Below, one piece after another: positions 57,290 to 64,000 of a stretch of 64,000 nt of DNA. The position numbers were made by a program, and so were the translations under genes. Positions within the stretch are counted from its first letter, which is position 1; each line of letters starts with the position of its first letter. Under the pieces are notes generated by a model that saw only the letters and a list, made by a program, of their open reading frames with translations, was not told the DNA's origin and searched no databases. Source of the stretch: Antedon mediterranea. Lineage: Eukaryota > Animalia > Echinodermata. Location of the stretch: NCBI RefSeq assembly GCF_964355755.1, contig NC_092672.1, forward strand, positions 36,214,437 through 36,278,436, in the 5' to 3' direction.

Positions 57290-59892
57290 GGGAGGTTTCG
57301 CAACCTTACGAATACGATAACGAAAACGGATACGTCACACATTTGTGAAACTTTTGAGCAAAGATTATATAGCGCCGCTACGCGGCGCAAGATAGGTAAC
57401 TGTTGCCAAGCTCCTATCTTATAACACTACGCGCCCAGTAAATCCATGGACGCCATTCGGGCGGACAGCGATTTTTTTTTCCGTACGAGAGTTCCTCCAT
57501 CGGTTCGTTTCGGACTCAATCGACTCTTCGGTAAGCCACCGATGCTCACTGATGCGTGACAGCAACCACAAGACAAAACGTGAGCAGCTTTTTTGCACGA
57601 GTGACAGATTTATATATACTAGAGGCCTAACACTAATACTCACTGTAAATATAATAATAAATATTAATAGTAGTACATACTGAACGTCATTGTAATAATA
57701 ATAATAGGCCTAGAATTTTAATAATATAATACTGTATAGGCAGCCACAAACCAATGTATGTACCATCAGATTCACAAACAGTAACACACACACAGCAGCA
57801 GCACTTTGTTGGTCGTCACAAGCAAGTGCAAGGCTGGCCCTAGCTAGCCTAGCCCTACGTACGTGTGCTTCAATGTAGTACATTTCCATCTACAGACAGT
57901 ACTATTTTTTATTTTAATAAAATGAAGTAGTAGGTTAGAAATTATATGTACAGAAGTAACACTAACAGATGTTTTTATCAAGAAAATTACAATTTTCTTC
58001 AGGTTTTTAAGTGTAACATTTGAAAAATTGTATACATATATTATATTATTATTATAGGCCTAGTATTAGTATTCTATTAGTATTAGTAACATGTATTCTT
58101 GTAAGTTGTAATGTATAGAAACACATGCTTGCTTATAAAGCGTTTAATCTTGGCCGGTGGAAATTTTGAAATAAAATGAACAATTTAAAAAAAAAATTTA
58201 TTTCAGAAACCATAATAAAAAAAATAAATCAAGAATATGGAATACAGAAAACCCATCTTCATGACAAGATGATAGTATCACATATAATTATAAGCTTCCT
58301 GGAAAATGTGTTACAGTATTATTAAATGTATTTGTACTATTGCAGTCGTGTCAGTACCGTAATTGAATGTTTTTTACTTTGCATGTATTTTTTATGATTT
58401 TCCAAATTACATATACACATAATAAACAATAATATTAGTTGTAGGCCTATAATATAACTTAATTAAAACTCCAAAATTGCCTATATTAAAAGTCTGAAAT
58501 CTTTATTTTTCCAGATTGGGGATAATTAATACGTACACCTTTAACGTAAAATTTCCATTACCTTACAATACAAATATTAATTTAATAATATTATTTTAAA
58601 AGGTATAAAAAACATACACTGTGCATAGGAATTCCTACTGTACATAACCATTTTAAATTCAAAAGTAATACCTTGCATAGGCTTACACAAGGTTGGCTAT
58701 GTTGGCTAGGCTAGCCATGGGCTAGCTACAATACCATAAACGATAAGAAAAGAGCCTCTCGTTCGTGACAAAAGGTCGTTCAACTTTAAAAAATAATATC
58801 TGATACGACCTACTATTGGGTCGTAGACCTAAATATCTTCAATATGCTATTGGGTTCTTAATGTAATTACTAAGTAGGCCTAGTATTTATTAATTAATGT
58901 CATCAAAACTCGTATTAGTGTAGATTCATTTTACTATTATGAGAGCCTGTGTGAAAGTATTAGCTCGCGGTTTGTAAATGTAAATTGTATTATATTGTCA
59001 CGCATCAGTGAGCTGACTTTACCGAATACCGAAGAGAGTCGATTGAGTCCGAAACGAACCGATGGAGGAACTCTCGTACGGAAAAAAAAATCGCCGCCGG
59101 ACAGGTTATTATTGTGATTTAAATGTAAATGGTTTAAAGTTTGCGGTCCGCCTCGAAGTATCTGTGGTTAACCATCTTTATGATTAATTCTTGGAAAAGG
59201 GAAGAAATTATGGAAACAAAGTAAAATAAAAGTTTCTTTGGGATCTGGACACTTTCCGATTAATTCTGTGTGTTTACATTGATATGTTTGGTTAGACAAC
59301 TTCGTTCTTTAACCGAAACATCGTGGATATTGCCTTGACAACGACTTTATTCCGGTTCAAACTTGTCCGCCGGAATGGCGTCCATGGATTACAAAGGTCT
59401 CACCCAGTTACCTATCTTGCGCCGCGTAGCGGCGCTATACAATCTTTGCTTTTGAGCTGATGCCCATTTCATATTCATAAAGCGTATTCGTGTTGACGAA
59501 TATCACCAGTCATATTCGTAACTACAAAACGAGTATAGTTTTTGATCTATTTTGCACATTTTGCATTTGAATCAGGAATGATTCATGATTATAATATAAT
59601 TATAGATTTATTGAAAGTAATTTACTAAAGTAATTTACTAAAATGCCAGGTAAATTTTGATATAAATAGCAGTTTTTAAAGTCCTCACTCGCTTTATGTT
59701 ACGCTAGGCCTAGACAGCAAAGCACCACGCACACGTACCTGCTGCACTTCGCTCAAATTTATCGCAGTCATATTTTGGATGGCGCCCTTAATATTTCGTT
59801 GCCATGCGATTTTTACTGGCTTACGAAAAACGAATAATTGTGCGTGACGTATCCGTTTTCGTTATCGTATTCTTAAGATTGCGAAACCTCCC
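57290..59892. mobile_element. Non-autonomous DNA transposon with about 50-bp TIRs (outer host element)
   Basis: gggaggtttcgcaaccttacgaatacgataacgaaaacggatacgtcac ... gtgacgtatccgttttcgttatcgtattcttaagattgcgaaacctccc. Flanked by TA, or by AT if the termini are one base longer. Confidence 0.8.
57357..59450. mobile_element. Nested non-autonomous DNA transposon with long segmented TIRs and 4-bp TSD (TTTG)
   Basis: agcaaagattatatagcgccgctacgcggcgcaagataggtaactg / cagttacctatcttgcgccgcgtagcggcgctatacaatctttgct. TTTG occurs on both sides (57353-57356, 59451-59454). Further inverted blocks: 57440-57467 vs 59364-59390 and 57468-57561 vs 58996-59094. Confidence 0.82.
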
Positions 59893-60898
59893 TATATAAT
59901 TATTATTATTATGGACATAAAAATCCTTTCTATAGAGGGCGGTAGATAACATTTTGTTGCAATGAAAGAATTATTCCCTGGGTAATACTAATACACAGTA
60001 TAATACAGTAAAATATAATTATAATTACAATATAAATAATTAATTCAAATTATCATAATAGATCTATACTAACCCGTGCTTATGTTTTAAAATAATTGCA
60101 CATGATTATATTTGCTGCTGTAATACTTATTACATCAAAATAAAATGCAATACGTTCGAGCCTTGAGCAGACCACATTATGAGCCTTCTTGAATTGAGTC
60201 TTGTACGTACATGTTCCCTCTATACTAGCATGGATTAAACCCCTTCTTGATAGGGTAATTGGTATGCATTCGTTAACTGTATGTTTGTATCTTTCTTGGC
60301 ACTCTTATGTACCTTTCTTCCATCTAAGCCCCAATGTGGCATATTTTTGTCCATAGAGTAGCCTAGTAAACGACAGCACATGGTTTTACTTCATCAGTTA
60401 TGCGAATACGCCAGAAAGGGCTAAAATAGCGATTAAAACTACGGCGAGGACGAAGATGCCGGACAGGACAATACATATTACTTTGTTTCTCTATACGGAT
60501 ATAAAATAATATAAAAGTTAGACAATTACGAGCTTCACGCATTATGTGAATGCCCATTTACTGGACACATACGCCAAACTTGTAATATACATTGCCATAG
60601 CCTTGTGGTTTTATTCTCTATTGAACCTTTATTACTGTCAAAATTTGTTTTCGAAGTTCTTAAAGTTAGTGAAAATATTATCATTGCTATTTTCATACTT
60701 GTACCGTACTATTTGTGTGCCATGTTGGACACTGTTATCACCAGTTGTCACATATAGAATAATAATAATAATATTTTAATATTAGTTAATGGGAACAATT
60801 CTCCCCCTTAATAATATAATGAAAAACCGTCCCCCCCCCCACCCCATGCAATTCAGTTGGTTTGATTATCGTGCTCTTATTCATCAATACATACCTAA

Positions 60899-61127
60899 AG
60901 CTCTGTCTACACTATCAGACTAGTGTGTGTACCCAATTAATATGGTAGTGATATGCCCAAATATGGTAGTGATATGACATCATCATGTCCATATAAAGAA
61001 GAAGCACATAAACTTGACACATTTCACAGACAGCAACTTCGCAAAATCATAGGTATCAGGTTGCCAGACAGGATGATATCGGACATAAATTTACAGAAGG
61101 ACAGGAACAAAACCAATTTCGTTAGAA
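60899..61127 (+). mobile_element. Truncated family A MITE (60899 to about 60994) fused to an RTE-type LINE fragment (about 60995-61127)
   Basis: Left MITE TIR, then KLDTFHRQQLRKIIGIR.PD and, frameshifted, IYRRTGTKPISLE, typical of the LINE RT C-terminal region. The similarity stops abruptly at 61127. Confidence 0.65.
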
Positions 61128-64000
61128 CACGCTGTCTTCAACTATAGGCGATACAGACAAAAAGTACTGTACTATAGAGGGCGCATTCTCATAACCTTTA
61201 TTCAGCTTGCGTGATCAGTAGAGCGTGACCAGCGAGTTTTGCGATTACGCCGTCGATTTGTTTATATTATTAGACGTACTAGATTGTATATATTAGAAAA
61301 CTGATATTATATATAACGTAATTCTTTGAATAAATTTGTACTTTTATGTATTATAAACAGCATATTAAAACTAAAAATAAAGAAAAAGTTCGTTTTGGTG
61401 CAATTTGTATTGTATATCGCCTTTTGTTTCGAATAAACAAATTATATGAACAGCGCCACCTAGAATAATGGGGCGCTAAATACGATCGTCTGTTTTACGT
61501 GACAGCCACCAGTTCATGTTCCGAATTTTTGCAGACCGACTCATTCCATCTTTATCAACAACATATGTTAAAACAACAATTTTGTTATGGTTAAAATCGT
61601 AGAAATTGACTGCTAAACTTGCTCAATATTTTCAAGCTAGCCTAGGCTAATGCTGCATGCTGAGATGGTATTTGTATGTTAATGTATTGTAAATATTTTG
61701 TAAAAAGGTATGGATGTTCATATTTCTTGTATGACAGGTCTCTGTCGTTTATGTGGTTGTAGATTTAAAAAAAATGATACAAAAACAAATATTCTGAACT
61801 TAAGATCTGACATTCTTCCATATTACAATCTGATTGAATCTGTACAAAATGTTCACCCCAACTTTATTTGTGCTACTTGTACATCAAAATGTTACAAATT
61901 CAAGCCGATAACAACATACAAATGGACAAGTCATAAACAATCATCATGTTTGACATGCTTTTTATTTACAAATCAGTACATTCACGGATCTATGAAGAAA
62001 CATAATCAGCGATCACGAAATCTTAATGGTACATTTTGTAAGCCTGACAATTCATCACCTTCATTAAACAGTCAATTTGAAGTAAAAAACAGTGCTATTG
62101 ATGATATTTATGTCTGTAAAGTATGTAATGATGTTATGTCTTTGTCTATGTTAGAGACTAAATGTTGCCATACTTTTTGTGCAAATTGTTTGTCCCAACT
62201 GTTTTGTACACTAAAAGCAGATGTAATTCCTTGTCTTCAATGTTTGTCTCCTGTTTGCATTGTTGATGTGAAATCGCCATCGAAACTAAGCCAGCAATCA
62301 TTGAGCTGAGATGCCAAAAGTGCTCGGACACACTTTTGTATCCAGAATGTCAAGATCATACTTGCATATCAAACTGCCAACTAAAGGTTAAAAAAATTAA
62401 AAAAGCAGTAAATGAGATCAACGAATCAATCAATGAAGTGATACCTAATCAACTTGAAAAATTAGCTCATAAAGTAATTCACAAGTCTCTGAAGAAAAAC
62501 AAGGAAATTACTTTAAACACAAATGGCAGGGTAAGTCAATTACAATTTTAAAATAAAAAAATACTGAAATATTAATCAAACTAAATTATAATGTTAATTG
62601 AAATTTTATAAGCAAATTGTATTACTTTTAACCAGCCATTGAAAGTTACTGTTATTCCTAATGCAACAAAGTCAAGCAATGATGTGAGTCAACGAACTGT
62701 AAAGCGAAGAACATCAGAGGTTCAGCGACTGAGGAAAGCAGTATCTGTAGGTGGGGAATTAAGACAGTTATCCGATGAAGTGAGTCACCTTCCTTCCAAA
62801 CCTCCAAATCAAGATGTAGATGATAGCTTGGCGATGAAAGTTGACTGTGGTCTTGGTTGGCAACAAATTAGAAAGCTAAGAAGGTAAATAAAACAACTTT
62901 GATTAGATAATATGATAATATAAGCATCACCAACATGTTTATTTAAATTGGCAAGTATCTCCGTTATTTAAAATGTACTGTTTTTACAAATTCTATTAGG
63001 TATTTTTTACCTGGGTTTATATCGTCAGAAAGACAAATGCAAGGTCGACAAGAAGAATTAACTCTTGATTTTATCGATGAAAAGATGATTCCCCTGGTTT
63101 TTAAATGTGATGGTGCAAATGGTAAAGATGGGTTTTTAGAGAAGATGGCTCCTGTAGTAGTAGTGAAAAATATCCATGACTTTTTATTTACACACCTGGA
63201 AAAACATGAAGAGTAAGTATTTTTTGGTAATCTAATCAGTCGCAAGTGTAACAATATTTTGTGTTGATTTATAAGGACAGTTAAACATAATATTTTGTAT
63301 ATACTTTTGTTTCTAGATTGCACAACATCAAACCAAAGGATGGGGAGATCCTGATCAAATTTGGTGGCGATAAAGGTGGCGGGTCCACAAAATTTGAGTT
63401 ACAAATTTGCAGCATTGACAAACCCAACGCCTTGCACAACATCCTTGTCGTGCTGATGTTTAATGCACCAGACTACACCACTAATTTATCTAGAACACTC
63501 CCACTCATCAGCAAACAAATCACAGATTTGAATGGACAAGAGTGGAGGTAGGATTAAATATATCTTAATATAATTTACAAAACATCATAATTACCTGAGT
63601 CATACATGAAATCTGCAATTAACATGTGTTTGTTCTATTTGTTTTTTAGAGGTTATAAACTGCGGGTCTTCTTTTTTGGAGATTATGATTTTCTAGTCCG
63701 AATATATGGGCTATATTCACCTAATGGTAAGAATAGAATTATAGATTAATTAGAAAATATGTTATGATTAATATATATTGTATGTATTGATATCACTGGA
63801 TGTATTCCTATTCCAGGAAGATACTGTTGTTTGTTTTGCACATCAACAAAAGATGACATAAACAAGGGAATTAAAAGGGAACCGAGATGTCTACAGAATA
63901 TGTCTGAAGATTATGCCAAATTTATTGACTCTGGGTCAAAAGAGGACAAAAGTAAGGATGTTTCTAGAAACATTGTACGGGCGCCAATGGTTAATGTAGA
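61128..64000 (+). mobile_element. Chapaev-type (CMC superfamily) DNA transposon, left part; continues beyond the window
   Basis: Begins with CAC exactly where a LINE remnant is cut, and contains a spliced transposase gene starting 582 bp inside. The right TIR and TSD are not in the window. Confidence 0.72.
61710..64000 (+). pseudogene. Chapaev-type DDE transposase with RAG1-like N-terminus; one frameshift; 3'-incomplete
   Basis: Exons 61710-62530 (frameshift at about 62280-62305), 62636-62883, 63000-63212, 63317-63547, 63650-63726 and 63817 to the edge, joined by phase-compatible GT-AG introns. Motifs: H-X7-CRLCG...HPNFICATC...W..H...CLTC (Chapa); C3HC4 RING CKVC..CCHTFCANC..CLQC; CQKC...HTC; NGRPL; KFGGDKGGGSTKF; FFGDYDFLVRIYGL..PNGRYCCLFC. 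Confidence 0.85.

Noticed and set aside
61710-64000. Bona fide RAG1/RAG1L (ProtoRAG) gene call
   Set aside because: The catalytic contexts are GGDKGG and GDYDFL rather than RAG1-type DGMG and GYDEK, and no RAG2-like gene is visible in the window. It is kept as Chapaev-type pending phylogeny.

Overview
AT-rich, intron-rich animal genomic DNA; a marine invertebrate is inferred from gene content and the repeat landscape, and the taxon cannot be fixed from this window. Left to right: (1) a 7-exon minus-strand gene for a secreted DUF3105/TP53I13-like protein (660-4244). (2) Divergent from it, a complete 23-exon SERCA Ca2+-ATPase gene (6844-39251, about 1021 aa) with an 18-nt micro-exon, a U12-type AT-AC minor intron (36768-37215), and probable a/b alternative C-termini. 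(3) A head-to-head pair of paralogous multi-pass membrane proteins with uninterrupted CDSs and unknown family (47763-49889 minus, 52681-54978 plus). (4) Nested non-autonomous DNA transposons (57290-59892). (5) The left end of an intron-containing Chapaev-type DNA transposon from 61128 to the window edge. Its transposase has a RAG1-like N-terminus (Chapa zinc motif, RING, extra zinc finger, GRP motif) and one frameshift. Its terminus resembles a 23-RSS: CACGCTG, 22 bp, ACAAAAAGT. Introns and intergenic DNA are full of Harbinger-like and Tc1/mariner-like MITEs, LINE 3' fragments and minisatellites. All exon models were derived by hand from splice signals and reading frame; no database searches were run.
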